NCBI GenBank assembly: GCA_009885195.1
Contig: VFLG01000004.1
Coordinates: 33,973 to 97,972 of the forward strand
Direction of reading: 5' to 3'
Origin: Gallionellaceae bacterium
Lineage (GTDB): Bacteria; Pseudomonadota; Gammaproteobacteria; Burkholderiales; Gallionellaceae
Length of the DNA stretch: 64,000 nt
The translations under genes and the position numbers were made by a program. Shown piece after piece: positions 10,361 through 20,431 of the stretch. The notes below the pieces were generated by a model. That model was not told the DNA's origin. It did no database searches and was given only the letters and a program-made list of their open reading frames with translations. How positions within the stretch are numbered: the stretch's first letter is position 1; every line of letters starts with the position of its first letter.

Positions 10361-10865
10361 GTTTGATTACACGGTCATTGCGATTGCCATATTATCGGCA
10401 TTGCTGGGGTGGTGGCGCGGGGTGGTGTATGAGGTCTTGTCGTTGCTGGGTTGGATAGTGGCCTACATTGTAGCGCGGCTGCTTTCCTCCAGTGCCGCGC
10501 CTTACATGCCCGACGCGCTGGGTGCGGAAGCCACCCGAACCGCTGCGGCCTTCGTTGCATTGTTTATTGGCACTTTGATTGTGGCTGGCATTGTGGCGTT
10601 ATTGCTGTCGAAACTAGTTAAATGGGTTGGCCTGGTCATGCTGGACCGGTCGTTGGGTACGCTGTTCGGCATGCTACGCGGCGTGCTGGTGGTGCTGGTG
10701 CTGATACTGCTGGCAGGGTTGACCAGCCTGCCGCAACAACCGTTCTGGCGCGATGCGGTGCTGAGTAAACCATTGCAAAGTCTGGCCCTGGCTGGCCTGA
10801 CGTTGTTGCCGGATAGCGTGGCACTGCGCATACATAATGGATTGAATAGTGAATATCGGGATTAA
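10353..10865 (+). CDS. cvpA: Colicin V production family membrane protein
   Basis: MTWFDY...GWWRGVVYEVLSL and DRSLGTLFGMLRG motifs; directly upstream of purF. Confidence 0.93.
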   Translation: MTWFDYTVIAIAILSALLGWWRGVVYEVLSLLGWIVAYIVARLLSSSAAPYMPDALGAEATRTAAAFVALFIGTLIVAGIVALLLSKLVKWVGLVMLDRSLGTLFGMLRGVLVVLVLILLAGLTSLPQQPFWRDAVLSKPLQSLALAGLTLLPDSVALRIHNGLNSEYRD

Positions 10866-10868
10866 ATC

Positions 10869-12389
10869 ATGTGCGGCATCCTAGGACTCATCGCGCAGAC
10901 AGAGGCGAATCAAGTGCTGTATGACGGTTTGCTGGTGTTGCAGCATCGCGGCCAGGACGCGGCGGGTATCGCCACTATCGACGGCAACACCTTCCATCTG
11001 CACAAGGGCAATGGCCTGGTGCGCGACGTATTCCGCACGCGCAACATGCGGGCGTTGCGTGGCAATGCGGGCATCGCCCATGTGCGCTATCCCACCGCCG
11101 GTTCCGCCGTTGACCACAACGAGGCCCAGCCGTTCTATGTCAATTCGCCGTTCGGCATTGTGCTCGGCCATAACGGCAACCTGACCAACACCGAGCAGTT
11201 GCAGCAGGAATTATTCCTTGAAGACCGACGCCACGTAAACACGCATTCTGATTCGGAAGTGCTGCTCAATGTGTTGGCGCACGAGTTGCAAGCCCATTCC
11301 ACGATGCGCTATCGCCTCGACATCAAGAATATATTTGATGCCGTGTCCGGCGTGCACAGGCGCTGCCATGGCGCGTATGCGGTCGTGGCGATGATTGCCG
11401 GCTATGGCCTGCTGGCATTCCGCGATGCCTATGGTATTCGCCCGCTGGTGATCGGCACCCATCAAACCGAAAAAGGGACGGAATATCTGATCGCTTCGGA
11501 AAGCGTGGCGCTGGATACGCTTGGATTTAAATTCCTGCGCGACATTGCACCGGGCGAAGCGGTCTTCATCGACTTCGATGGCAACTTCCACAGCAAGCAA
11601 TGCGCGGAAAATCCCACACTCAACCCGTGCATTTTCGAGTATGTTTATCTGGCGCGTCCGGATTCGGTGATAAACGGTATTTCTGTCTATGAAACGCGCT
11701 TGCACATGGGCGAGAGGCTGGCCGATAAAATTACCCGAGTATGGCCGCAGCACGATATTGACGTGGTCATTCCCATTCCCGATTCCAGCCGTCCCAGTGC
11801 CTTGCAACTGGCCAACCACCTCGGTATCCCGTTCCGCGAAGGCTTCGTCAAGAACCGCTATATCGGACGCACCTTCATCATGCCGGGGCAGGAAATGCGC
11901 AAGAAATCCGTGCGCCAGAAACTGAATGCGATCAGCATGGAATTCAAGAACAAGAATGTGTTGCTGGTGGACGATTCCATTGTGCGCGGCACCACCAGTC
12001 GCGAGATTGTGCAGATGGCGCGCGATGCCGGTGCGCGCAAAGTGTACTTTGCCTCCGCCGCGCCGCCGGTGCGCTTCCCTAACGTGTACGGCATCGACAT
12101 GCCCTCGCGCCGCGAACTGATTGCCACCGGGCGCAGCGACGATGAAATCTGCCGCGAGATCGGTGCGGACAAGTTGATTTACCAGGATCTGGATGACCTG
12201 AAGGCGGCGGTGCGCAAGGTCAACCCGGCCATCAAATACTTTGATGCGTCCTGCTTTGATGGGGATTACATCACCGGCGACATCACGCCGGAGTATCTCG
12301 ATGAAATTGAAGCGGCGCGCGAGAACGGCAATGCCAACAAGGAAGATGATGCCGCTCAGCTTGATCTTGATTTGGCGGCCAATGAATAA
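10869..12389 (+). CDS. purF: Amidophosphoribosyltransferase
   Basis: N-terminal [14 protein letters not shown] and [11 protein letters not shown] motifs. Confidence 0.98.
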   Translation: MCGILGLIAQTEANQVLYDGLLVLQHRGQDAAGIATIDGNTFHLHKGNGLVRDVFRTRNMRALRGNAGIAHVRYPTAGSAVDHNEAQPFYVNSPFGIVLGHNGNLTNTEQLQQELFLEDRRHVNTHSDSEVLLNVLAHELQAHSTMRYRLDIKNIFDAVSGVHRRCHGAYAVVAMIAGYGLLAFRDAYGIRPLVIGTHQTEKGTEYLIASESVALDTLGFKFLRDIAPGEAVFIDFDGNFHSKQCAENPTLNPCIFEYVYLARPDSVINGISVYETRLHMGERLADKITRVWPQHDIDVVIPIPDSSRPSALQLANHLGIPFREGFVKNRYIGRTFIMPGQEMRKKSVRQKLNAISMEFKNKNVLLVDDSIVRGTTSREIVQMARDAGARKVYFASAAPPVRFPNVYGIDMPSRRELIATGRSDDEICREIGADKLIYQDLDDLKAAVRKVNPAIKYFDASCFDGDYITGDITPEYLDEIEAARENGNANKEDDAAQLDLDLAANE

Positions 12390-12390
12390 A

Positions 12391-12553
12391 CCTAGAAAAA
12401 GCAGTTGTCCACGAAATTCACGAAAAACACGAATAAAATCATAAAACTATATGTTTCATAAGTGTTCCCAACGGGTGTGGCACTGAGCAAAGGCAACCCC
12501 TTGTTTTATTTCGTGCCTTTCGTGTTTTTCGTGGACGAATTGCGGTTTTTAGG
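12391..12553. mobile_element. MITE-like element with TIRs and inverted 9-mer CACGAA arrays
   Basis: Left cctagaaaaagcagttgtc-(cacgaannn)x3 mirrors right (ttcgtgnnn)x3-gacgaattgcggtttttagg; a solo end remnant lies at 51589-51607. Confidence 0.8.
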
Positions 12554-12563
12554 ATAAAAGTCA

Positions 12564-12591
12564 TTGACAGTGCCATGCGGCGAGTGATAAT
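12564..12591 (+). promoter_or_regulatory. Putative sigma70 promoter for the riboswitch-metZ transcript
   Basis: TTGACA-16 nt-GATAAT ending about 7 nt before the aptamer P1 stem. Confidence 0.6.
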
Positions 12592-12598
12592 TTTCGTC

Positions 12599-12650
12599 TG
12601 CGCCGATTTGAGAAGCAGCTTGCGGGCGCATTATAAATTCAGCTAAAGCG
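12599..12650 (+). ncRNA. SAM-II class riboswitch aptamer
   Basis: UGCGCC-GAUUUG...GCUUGCG-GGCGCA-UUAUAAAU-UCAGCUAAA fits the SAM-II pseudoknot consensus (P1, GAUUU, UGC, AAAU, GCUAAA); lies upstream of a methionine biosynthesis gene. Confidence 0.88.
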
Positions 12651-12654
12651 TGGG

Positions 12655-12692
12655 AAACCCGGTTTAGCGCAAGCTTGCCGGGTTTTTTATTT
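12655..12692 (+). terminator. Riboswitch-controlled intrinsic terminator (attenuator)
   Basis: aaacccgg/ccgggttt stem plus T tract before the metZ RBS; mutually exclusive with a GCTAAA/TTTAGC antiterminator hairpin. Confidence 0.7.
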
Positions 12693-12704
12693 CGAGGAGC
12701 CATT

Positions 12705-13880
12705 ATGTCTACACAATCATATAAGCCAGAAACACTGGCCGTACATGCCGGCACGGTGCGCAGCCAATTCAACGAACACAGCGAGGCCATGTTTTTGACC
12801 TCCAGCTTCGTGTTCGACAGTGCTGCCCAAGCCGCCGCGCGCTTTATCGGCGAAGAGCCGGGCAATATTTATTCGCGCTTCACCAATCCTACCGTAACCA
12901 TGTTCGAGGAACGGCTGGCCGCGCTGGAAGGCGCGGAGCAGTGCGTGGCGACGGCATCCGGCATGTCGGCGATACTGGCGTGTTGCATGGGCTTGCTGAA
13001 GAGCGGCGATCACATCGTCGCTTCGCGCAGCATTTTCGGCGCGACCGTCAACCTGTTCGGCACCATTTTCAAGCGCTTCGGCGTGGAGACGACATTTGTC
13101 TCAGCCACCGATGTCAGTGCATGGTCGGCGGCGGTGCGTCCCAATACGCGGCTGTTCTTTCTGGAAACGCCATCCAATCCGCTGACAGAAGTGTCTGACA
13201 TCGCGGCGATTGCCGCTGTGGCAAAAAAACACGGCGCTTTGCTGGCAGTGGACAACTGTTTTTGCACACCCATCCTGCAACGTCCGCTGGAATTGGGCGC
13301 GGACATCATCATTCATTCCGCCACCAAGTATATTGACGGACAGGGTCGCGTGCTGGGCGGCGCGGTGCTGGGCGGCAAAAAAGTGATGGAACCCGTGTAC
13401 CAGTTTTTGCGCACTGCGGGGCCGACCCTGAGCGCGTTCAACGCCTGGGTATTCCTGAAAGGACTGGAGACACTCAAAATCCGCATGGATGCGCACAGTG
13501 CCAATGCGCTGGCGGTGGCGCAATGGCTAGAGGCACAGCCGAATGTGGCGCGCGTATTTTATCCTGGCCTGCCGTCTCATCCGCAACATGTGTTAGCCAT
13601 GAAGCAGCAGAAAACCGGCGGCGGCATTGTGTCGTTTGAGGTAAAGGGCGGCAGGGAAGCGGCCTGGCGCGTGATAGACAGCACGCGCATGGTGTCCATC
13701 ACCGCCAATCTGGGCGATACCAAAACCACGCTGACGCATCCGGCCACCACCACCCATGCGCGCATTACGCCGGAAGCGCGCGCTGCTGCGGGGATCACCG
13801 AAGGCTTGCTGCGCATTGCGGTGGGGCTGGAGGCGGTAAGTGACATTCAGGACGACCTGGCGCGCGGATTAAACAAATAA
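12705..13880 (+). CDS. metZ: O-succinylhomoserine sulfhydrylase
   Basis: EHSEAMFLTSSFVF, YSRFTNPT and HSATKYIDGQGR motifs; GAGGAG RBS. Confidence 0.95.
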   Translation: MSTQSYKPETLAVHAGTVRSQFNEHSEAMFLTSSFVFDSAAQAAARFIGEEPGNIYSRFTNPTVTMFEERLAALEGAEQCVATASGMSAILACCMGLLKSGDHIVASRSIFGATVNLFGTIFKRFGVETTFVSATDVSAWSAAVRPNTRLFFLETPSNPLTEVSDIAAIAAVAKKHGALLAVDNCFCTPILQRPLELGADIIIHSATKYIDGQGRVLGGAVLGGKKVMEPVYQFLRTAGPTLSAFNAWVFLKGLETLKIRMDAHSANALAVAQWLEAQPNVARVFYPGLPSHPQHVLAMKQQKTGGGIVSFEVKGGREAAWRVIDSTRMVSITANLGDTKTTLTHPATTTHARITPEARAAAGITEGLLRIAVGLEAVSDIQDDLARGLNK

Positions 13881-13884
13881 CCGT

Positions 13885-13941
13885 GTAGGGGCGCAATTCA
13901 TTGCGCCCAACCCAACAGGGCGCGATAAATCGCGCCCCTAC
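13885..13941. repeat. GTAG-type REP doublet
   Basis: gtaggggcgcaattcattgcgccc ... gggcgcgataaatcgcgcccctac. Confidence 0.9.
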
Positions 13942-13949
13942 AATAGGGA

Positions 13950-14447
13950 ATGGCGATGGATATTCTGGCCGCACAGGTCGGTGAAGCATTAAAGTCACAT
14001 GGCCTGATGCTGGCCACCGCCGAGTCCTGCACCGGCGGCGCAGTGGCGATGGCCGTTACCGATATTGGCGGCAGCTCCGCCTGGTTCGAACGGGGTTTTA
14101 TCACCTACGCCAATGACGCCAAGCAGGAAATGCTGGGCGTGGAGCAGGATACGATGATTCGCTACGGCGCAGTAAGCGAAGCCGTGGTGCGCGAGATGGT
14201 GACGGGCGCGCTGCGCCACAGCCATGCGCAAATGGCCTTGGCGGTAAGCGGTATTGCCGGGCCAAGCGGCGGCACGCCCGACAAACCAGTGGGTACGGTA
14301 TGGTTCGCCTGGGGTATCAAGGGCGGGCAGTGCCTGGCGCAGTTGCACCGCCTTTCCGGCAACCGTGCCGAAATCCGCGCCCGGTCCGTGCATATCGCCT
14401 TGCAGGGCGTGCTGGAGTTGCTGAATCAACGGACGGAAACGGCCTAA
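13950..14447 (+). CDS. cinA: CinA C-terminal family protein / NMN amidohydrolase (PncC-like)
   Basis: ATAESCTGG, GAVSE and SGIAGPSGG..KPVGTVW motifs; upstream of recA. Confidence 0.9.
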   Translation: MAMDILAAQVGEALKSHGLMLATAESCTGGAVAMAVTDIGGSSAWFERGFITYANDAKQEMLGVEQDTMIRYGAVSEAVVREMVTGALRHSHAQMALAVSGIAGPSGGTPDKPVGTVWFAWGIKGGQCLAQLHRLSGNRAEIRARSVHIALQGVLELLNQRTETA

Positions 14448-14457
14448 AACAGCCAAA

Positions 14458-14469
14458 GAACGATCGTTC
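14458..14469. promoter_or_regulatory. Putative LexA box of the GAAC-N4-GTTC type
   Basis: Perfect palindrome AGAACGATCGTTCT about 60 nt upstream of recA, next to an ATGCAA...TGcCATAAT promoter-like sequence. Confidence 0.78.
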
Positions 14470-14529
14470 TATGCAAGATCAAATTGATGTGCCATAATCA
14501 CTCATCATTGTTCAAAAGGGGAAAACAGC

Positions 14530-15606
14530 ATGGATGACAACAAGAGCAAGGCACTCGCAGCCGCGTTGAGCCAGATTGAAAAGCAGTTCGGCAAAGGCTC
14601 CATCATGCGGCTGGGTGAGTATGACATTGTGCGCGATATCAAGGTGGTGTCGACCGGTTCGCTTGGGCTGGACATCGCGCTGGGGGTGGGCGGCCTGCCG
14701 CGTGGCCGGGTAATCGAAATTTACGGCCCGGAATCATCCGGCAAGACCACGCTCACGCTGCAAGTGATCGCCGAGATGCAAAAGCTGGGCGGCACCGCAG
14801 CCTTTATTGATGCCGAACATGCGCTCGATCCGCAATACGCGCAGAAGCTGGGCGTGAATGTAAGTGATCTGCTCATTTCGCAACCGGATAATGGCGAACA
14901 GGCGCTGGAAATTGTGGACATGCTGGTGCGCTCTGCCGCCGTGGATATAGTGGTGATAGATTCCGTCGCCGCACTCACCCCCAAGGCGGAAATCGAAGGC
15001 GAAATGGGCGATGCGCAAATGGGCCTGCATGCCAGACTGATGTCACAAGCCTTGCGCAAACTCACCGCCAACATCAACCGTTCCAACACCACCGTCATTT
15101 TCATCAACCAGATACGCATGAAAATTGGCGTGATGTTCGGCAGCCCGGAGACCACCACCGGCGGCAACGCGCTCAAATTTTACGCCTCGGTCCGCCTGGA
15201 CATCCGCCGCACCGGCGCGATCAAGAAGGGCGATGAAGTCATAGGCTCCGAGACCCGCGTCAAAGTGGTGAAAAATAAAGTGGCACCGCCGTTCAAACAG
15301 GCGGAATTCGACATCCTCTATGGCGAAGGAATTTCCCGCGAAGGCGAAATTGTCGACTTGGGCGTGCTGCATAAATTTGTTGAAAAGGCGGGCGCCTGGT
15401 ACGCCTACAAAGGCGAAAAAATCGGCCAGGGAAAAGACAACGCGCGCGAATACCTGAAAGAACATCCCGAAGTTGCCGCCGAGATTGAAAACAAAATACG
15501 CGAAGCCGTCGGCGTTGCCCTGATAAATAGCGACGCAGAAACAGAAACACCCAAGAGCGCAAGCCCGAAGAGCACAGCATCCAAGAGCGGTGGCAAAGAA
15601 GCCTGA
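14530..15606 (+). CDS. recA: Recombinase A
   Basis: [15 protein letters not shown] and [14 protein letters not shown] motifs. Confidence 0.99.
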   Translation: MDDNKSKALAAALSQIEKQFGKGSIMRLGEYDIVRDIKVVSTGSLGLDIALGVGGLPRGRVIEIYGPESSGKTTLTLQVIAEMQKLGGTAAFIDAEHALDPQYAQKLGVNVSDLLISQPDNGEQALEIVDMLVRSAAVDIVVIDSVAALTPKAEIEGEMGDAQMGLHARLMSQALRKLTANINRSNTTVIFINQIRMKIGVMFGSPETTTGGNALKFYASVRLDIRRTGAIKKGDEVIGSETRVKVVKNKVAPPFKQAEFDILYGEGISREGEIVDLGVLHKFVEKAGAWYAYKGEKIGQGKDNAREYLKEHPEVAAEIENKIREAVGVALINSDAETETPKSASPKSTASKSGGKEA

Positions 15607-16045
15607 GACAAGTTTGCGTGTCCGCGCCATGCGGTACTTGGCGCGGCGCGAATACAGCCGCGCCGAACTCCGCGCCAAGCTGCTGACCTACGCCACGCCG
15701 GACGACAATATAGATGCGGTGCTGGATGAGCTGGTAAAGCGCGGTTGGCTGTCCGATGAACGAGCTGCCACGCAATTGTTGCACGCGAAGCGTAGTCGTT
15801 TCGGCACACAACGTATCGCGCATGAATTACGGCAAAGAGGCATCGCCGAAGAATTGATCAGCGCTGCGTTGCCGGAATTAAAAGAAAGCGAACTGGAAGC
15901 GGCACGCGGAGTGTGGCAAAGAAAATTTGGCACGTTGCCGCAGGATGCCAAAGAAAAATCCCGGCAGATGCGCTTCCTGCAATCGCGCGGGTTCGCGCTG
16001 GATGTGGTATTCAAGGTGTTGCGGCTTATGGAAACTGAGGATTGA
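15590..16045 (+). CDS. recX: Regulatory protein RecX
   Basis: [11 protein letters not shown]...RFLQSRGF; overlaps the recA end. Confidence 0.93.
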   Translation: MAKKPETSLRVRAMRYLARREYSRAELRAKLLTYATPDDNIDAVLDELVKRGWLSDERAATQLLHAKRSRFGTQRIAHELRQRGIAEELISAALPELKESELEAARGVWQRKFGTLPQDAKEKSRQMRFLQSRGFALDVVFKVLRLMETED

Positions 16046-16112
16046 CGATGCCTGATATATTGCATAACTTGGCGAACCTTATGTCCTCTAAATTAAGATA
16101 GGTATCTATGCC

Positions 16113-16505
16113 ATGCGAATCTACATCCTTCTTTCATTGCTAATGCCCGCACTCTGTAGCGCGGCTGATCTCGAATATAGATGCACTGTAAAGGCAGAGC
16201 TATTTCTGCAAGGCAATGGAAATTTAGAACCCCACGTCCGCCCCATCGAAATTGGAAAAACATTCGCGGTTGATCGAGTTGGTGGCAAGGTGATTAGTGC
16301 GCCTCTCAGAAATCTCACCGCAGCAGAGATCAGGGTTTTAAGCCGAGGTGACGAAGACCACACATTTGAGTTGTTGTCTGTCTCCTCTCCGACTGGCAAG
16401 GTCAGCACCGATTTATTGGTAATTCGGGAGTTCGTAAAAAACAAGAGAAAACCATTTGTGGCAGTAACATCAATCGGTGAAGTGTATTCCGGCATATGCG
16501 AGTAA
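16113..16505 (+). CDS. Orphan putative exported protein
   Basis: Signal-peptide-like N-terminus (MRIYILLSLLMPALCSA), Cys near both ends of the mature chain, AT-richer than neighbours. Confidence 0.72.
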   Translation: MRIYILLSLLMPALCSAADLEYRCTVKAELFLQGNGNLEPHVRPIEIGKTFAVDRVGGKVISAPLRNLTAAEIRVLSRGDEDHTFELLSVSSPTGKVSTDLLVIREFVKNKRKPFVAVTSIGEVYSGICE

Positions 16506-16541
16506 CACTTAACCTTGTTCGTTCACGCCCGTGTAGCCCGC

Positions 16542-16606
16542 GTAGGGCGGAAAAGCGTAGCGCCTTCCACCGGATGAATTCCCATGCGGCGGATAACGCT
16601 TTCGCT
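16542..16606. repeat. GTAG-type REP doublet, second arm truncated
   Basis: gtagggcggaaaagcgtagcgccttccacc is nearly the reverse complement of 8331-8360; partial partner arm gcggataacgc at about 16589. Confidence 0.8.
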
Positions 16607-16668
16607 GTGTCAATTCCACGATATTTCATGCTGCATGACGCGCCAACAATTCCAATCCAGCCATCCGC

Positions 16669-18075
16669 TCAAATGAGCTTTGAAAACATTTTCCGTTCCT
16701 GATTAATGCGCAGGTATTTATCGAAGATCATGCCGACATTTCGGATCAGCATCCGGCCCTTCGGTGTTACCGTGATCCGGCCATTCTCCAGCTTGACCAG
16801 GCCGTAATCCTGATAGGTCTTTAACTCCGCCAGCTCTTGCTCGAAGTAGCTGTCGAAATCGATCGAATAGGCAACCTCGAATTCCTCTTTGGATAAGGCG
16901 AAGTGGCACATCAATGCCTGGATGATGTCGCGACGCAACAGATCGTCCGCAGTCAACTCCAGGCCGCGCATGATGGGCAGTACATTGTGGTCGAGGCTGG
17001 CGTAGTATTCATCCAGGGTGCGGAAGTTCTGGCTGTAGGTCGGCCCGATCTTGCCGATGGCGGTAATGCCGAGCGCGACCAGGTCGCAGTCGGCATGCGT
17101 CGAATAGCCCTGGAAATTCCGGTGCAGTCGGCCCATGCGTTGCGCCACCGCCAATTCATCGTCCGGCTTGGCAAAGTGATCCATGCCGATATACACATAG
17201 CCGGCGTTGGTCATGCGCTTGATCGCCATGCTCAGTATCTGGAGTTTGGTGTCGGACGAGGGCAGATCATCCTCGTTGATGCGGCGTTGCGGCTTGAACA
17301 ACGTCGGCAAATGGGCGTAGTTGTAAATTGCCAGGCGGTCCGGATCGGCTGCAATGATGCGATCGAGCGTGCGGTTAAACCCGATGATATTTTGCTTGGG
17401 CAGGCCATAAATCAAATCGATGCTGACCGATTTAAAACCCGAGCGGCGCGCCGCTTCTATCACGCTCAGCGTCTCCTCTTCGCTTTGAATGCGGTTCACC
17501 GCTTTCTGCACTTCCGGATCGAAATCCTGCACCCCCAGACTGATGCGGTTAAAGCCCAGCTCACCCAGCAACTCTATGGTTTGCGCGCAGACTTTGCGCG
17601 GATCAACCTCAATTGAATACTCCCCCTCTTCAACCAAACGAAAGTGGGAACGTATCGTTCCCATCAGGTCTTTCATTTGTTCGTCGCTCAAAAAGGTTGG
17701 AGTGCCGCCGCCCCAATGCAATTGAGCAACATCGGGATCGCCCTGAAACAATTCGCTTTGCATCACAATTTCTTTTTTGAGGTATTCCAGATACACCGCT
17801 GCCTTGGACTTGTCCTTGGTGATAACCTTGTTGCAACCGCAATAAAAACACAAGGTATTGCAAAACGGGATATGCACGTAAATCGAAAGCGGGCGCTGAG
17901 CACCGCCGATATTGCGCTTGGCCGCCCATGTCCGGTAGCTATCGGCATTGAATGTTTCGACAAAGCGATCTGCGGTGGGATAGGACGTGTAGCGCGGACC
18001 GTTGCGATCCAATTTGCGAATCAACTCCAAATCCACTTCCAGTGCTTGAATATCCTGCCTGTCCATTGGCGTCAC
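16669..18075 (-). CDS. hemN: Oxygen-independent coproporphyrinogen III oxidase
   Basis: GPRYTSYPTA, radical-SAM CxxxCxxC (CNTLCFYCGC) and LHRNFQGYST motifs. Confidence 0.97.
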   Translation of the reverse strand: MTPMDRQDIQALEVDLELIRKLDRNGPRYTSYPTADRFVETFNADSYRTWAAKRNIGGAQRPLSIYVHIPFCNTLCFYCGCNKVITKDKSKAAVYLEYLKKEIVMQSELFQGDPDVAQLHWGGGTPTFLSDEQMKDLMGTIRSHFRLVEEGEYSIEVDPRKVCAQTIELLGELGFNRISLGVQDFDPEVQKAVNRIQSEEETLSVIEAARRSGFKSVSIDLIYGLPKQNIIGFNRTLDRIIAADPDRLAIYNYAHLPTLFKPQRRINEDDLPSSDTKLQILSMAIKRMTNAGYVYIGMDHFAKPDDELAVAQRMGRLHRNFQGYSTHADCDLVALGITAIGKIGPTYSQNFRTLDEYYASLDHNVLPIMRGLELTADDLLRRDIIQALMCHFALSKEEFEVAYSIDFDSYFEQELAELKTYQDYGLVKLENGRITVTPKGRMLIRNVGMIFDKYLRINQERKMFSKLI

Positions 18076-18328
18076 TGCCTTCCCTCAATAAACCTTTCGG
18101 CGCAGACGGACTATACCAGCCTGTGCCGTACTCGTCACAAGAGCATCACTATTGTATATTATGGGCAGGCCGTGGCTAGTTCTTGGATTTATTCCAATTC
18201 CAAATTGTGCAGACATGAACTCCCTCTCCCGCGCTACCGCGCAGATATGGAAACGACAAACTTAATGCGGATGATATACTGGCGGCCGGCATTTCTATGC
18301 CGACCTTCAACCATCTACAGGAGTTTTT

Positions 18329-18706
18329 ATGAAGATTCTATCCATCGTATTCGCCGGGCTTGTTTGCGCACTGGGGCTAGTTTCATTCAGCGCGTCCGCA
18401 GCAGAAGACAATCTGAAGACCGTCGCGTCCATTAACGAAAACAAGGCTGCCCTCGTCGGCCAGACGGTCAGCGCCCAGGGCAAAGTGGTGAAGGTCAACA
18501 GCGGTATCATGAAGCGTAACTTTGTTCATGTGCAGGATGGCACGGGCGACGCCAACAGCAACAACCTGATCGTCACCAGCAAGCAAACCGCCAATGTCGG
18601 TGACCAGGTCACCGTTTCCGGCGTGGTGGTGATGAACCGGGATTTCGGTAGCGGCTACTCTTATCCTCTGCTGATTGAAGATGCCAACATCGTTGTCAAG
18701 AAATAA
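18329..18706 (+). CDS. Exported OB-fold protein
   Basis: Signal peptide ending ASA; GKVVKVN.GIM..NFVHVQDG and DFGSGYSY..LIE OB-like pattern; AGGAG RBS. Confidence 0.7.
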   Translation: MKILSIVFAGLVCALGLVSFSASAAEDNLKTVASINENKAALVGQTVSAQGKVVKVNSGIMKRNFVHVQDGTGDANSNNLIVTSKQTANVGDQVTVSGVVVMNRDFGSGYSYPLLIEDANIVVKK

Positions 18707-18772
18707 GCCCGGCAGGGCGGATCAACAAAGTCAAACAATTCACTGGATCCGCTCTGCTTATTCCGTTTTGCG

Positions 18773-18867
18773 TTAAAAACGACAATGATTCTGCTGTGTA
18801 GGAGCGGGCCATGCCCGCGAACAAAAGGATCGCGGGCATGGCCCGCTCCTACACATGCTGTTTTTAA
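18773..18867. mobile_element. TTAA-bounded IR element containing a GTAG REP doublet (18798-18852)
   Basis: ttaaaaacgacaatg ... gtaggagcgggccatgcccgcga/tcgcgggcatggcccgctcctac ... catgctgtttttaa. Confidence 0.7.
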
Positions 18868-20150
18868 TGCGAATTGGAATTAACCCGCTCCAGCACCGCT
18901 GCGAAAAAGGCATCGGTGCCATGAAGATGCGGCATGAGTTGCAGGTAGTCTCCCGCTTCCAGCGGAATTTTTTGCTGTGCCAGTATCTCTCCGGCGGGGC
19001 GCAGGATAAAGTCAGCGTGGTTGGTAAGGAACGCATCGACGATGGCGCGATTTTCTTCATGCAGAAAGCTGCAAGTGGCATACACCAGCCGACCACCGGG
19101 TTTGAGCAGCTTGCCGGCGGCAGCCAGTATGGCGTATTGTTTTTGCGCCAGCTCGATCAGGCTTTGCGGCGATTGGCGGAACTTGATGTCCGGGTTGCGG
19201 CGTAGCGTGCCCAGCCCGCTGCACGGTGAATCAACCAGCACGCGGTCTATTTTTCCGGCCAGACGTTTTACTTTGCTGTCGTTTTCGTGCGCGATCAGTT
19301 GCGGGTGGATGTTGCTTAAGCCCGAGCGTTTCAGACGCGGCTTGAGATTGGTTAAGCGCTTTTCGGATACGTCGAAGGCATACAGCCTGCCTTGCGAGTT
19401 CATCATCGCGCCCAGCATCAGCGTCTTGCCGCCGCTCCCCGCGCAAAAATCCACGACCATTTCGTTGCGTTTGGGCGCGAGCAAAAATCCCAGCAGTTGG
19501 CTGCCTTCATCCTGCACTTCAATTTTTCCGGAAAGAAACAGCGGATGTTTGGTTAACGAGGGCTTGCCCTTGAGGCGGATGCCGATGGGAGAATAGGGCG
19601 TAGCCTGCGCATCCATGCCTTCTGCCTGCAATGCTTGCAGCACTTCGTCGCGCGTAGCGAGCAGCGTGTTAACGCGCAAGTCCAGTGCGGCTGGTTGTTG
19701 CATGGAGCGGCCCAGCGTCAGGATGTCCGCATCGGACATGCTGGCACGCAAATTCTCGACCAGCCATTCGGGCAGTTCGGCCTGCACCGATAAAGGCAGT
19801 TCGGCAACAGTGATGGACTTGACCTGCCCCAGCCAGTCGCCTTCCTCGCGCTTCAACAGCGGTGTGATTTCGCGCAAGTTGTAGCCACCGAATTTGACCC
19901 AGTAGGCCAGCGCCATGCGACGCGGCGTGGCTTGATCTGAAGTTGCGGGTGGTTTGGTGCAGGCGTGTTCCAGAAACAGGCGGTGACGCAGCACGCCGAA
20001 CACGGTTTCCGCGACCAGCGCGCGTTCGTTGGATCCGATGCGCTCCTGCTGAAAAAAATAACGCAGTGATGCATCGGCAGGATGTTCCAGTGGCAGGATG
20101 GTGCGCAGGGCTTGAATGACAAGGTCCAGGCGATATTCGGTAAGTAACAT
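18864..20150 (-). CDS. RsmB/NOP2-Sun family SAM-dependent RNA m5C methyltransferase
   Basis: VQDEGSQ, DFCAGSGGK, VLVDSPCSGLG and LVYATCS motifs. Confidence 0.92.
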   Translation of the reverse strand: MLLTEYRLDLVIQALRTILPLEHPADASLRYFFQQERIGSNERALVAETVFGVLRHRLFLEHACTKPPATSDQATPRRMALAYWVKFGGYNLREITPLLKREEGDWLGQVKSITVAELPLSVQAELPEWLVENLRASMSDADILTLGRSMQQPAALDLRVNTLLATRDEVLQALQAEGMDAQATPYSPIGIRLKGKPSLTKHPLFLSGKIEVQDEGSQLLGFLLAPKRNEMVVDFCAGSGGKTLMLGAMMNSQGRLYAFDVSEKRLTNLKPRLKRSGLSNIHPQLIAHENDSKVKRLAGKIDRVLVDSPCSGLGTLRRNPDIKFRQSPQSLIELAQKQYAILAAAGKLLKPGGRLVYATCSFLHEENRAIVDAFLTNHADFILRPAGEILAQQKIPLEAGDYLQLMPHLHGTDAFFAAVLERVNSNSH

Positions 20151-20238
20151 ATTTTTCCTCTGCGGGTATTATCCCGGAAACGACGGTTGGCCGCACGATC
20201 GCTATATGGATGAGCGCGCTTGGCATACAAACTATGAG

Positions 20239-20431
20239 TTAACCCGGATTGTCCATCGAGTTTACAAAGCCCATCATTATGGCGTAGGAGCCCGATTCAT
20301 CGGGCGATTGATCTGCACGACAATCGCGCAATAAATTGCGCTCCTATGGGTGTCCGGCCAAAAGTTTTTCGGATACGATTTCCGCATTTCAATGAAAAAT
20401 AGAAATTGGCCAACGGACAATCCGGGGTTAA
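20239..20431. mobile_element. TTA-flanked MITE carrying a GTAG REP doublet (20284-20347)
   Basis: TTA-acccggattgtcc ... ggacaatccgggg-TTA; same termini as 36233-36332. Confidence 0.82.

Noticed and set aside
12391-12553. CRISPR array interpretation of the CACGAA or heptamer repeats
   Set aside because: Units are 7-9 bp, inverted and lack unique spacers; no cas genes are present.
14484-14497. FNR box upstream of recA (TTGAT...)
   Set aside because: The second half-site (ATCAA) is missing at the required spacing; no convincing FNR box upstream of hemN either.
16046-16545. A complete integron or attC site around the orphan after recX
   Set aside because: Only a left-half resemblance; no matching GTTRRRY end and no intI. 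Kept only as a weak hint in the findings.
18864-20150. Second RsmB-family gene as a recent duplication of rsmB
   Set aside because: The two proteins are very divergent, and a second Sun-family methyltransferase is common in Betaproteobacteria.
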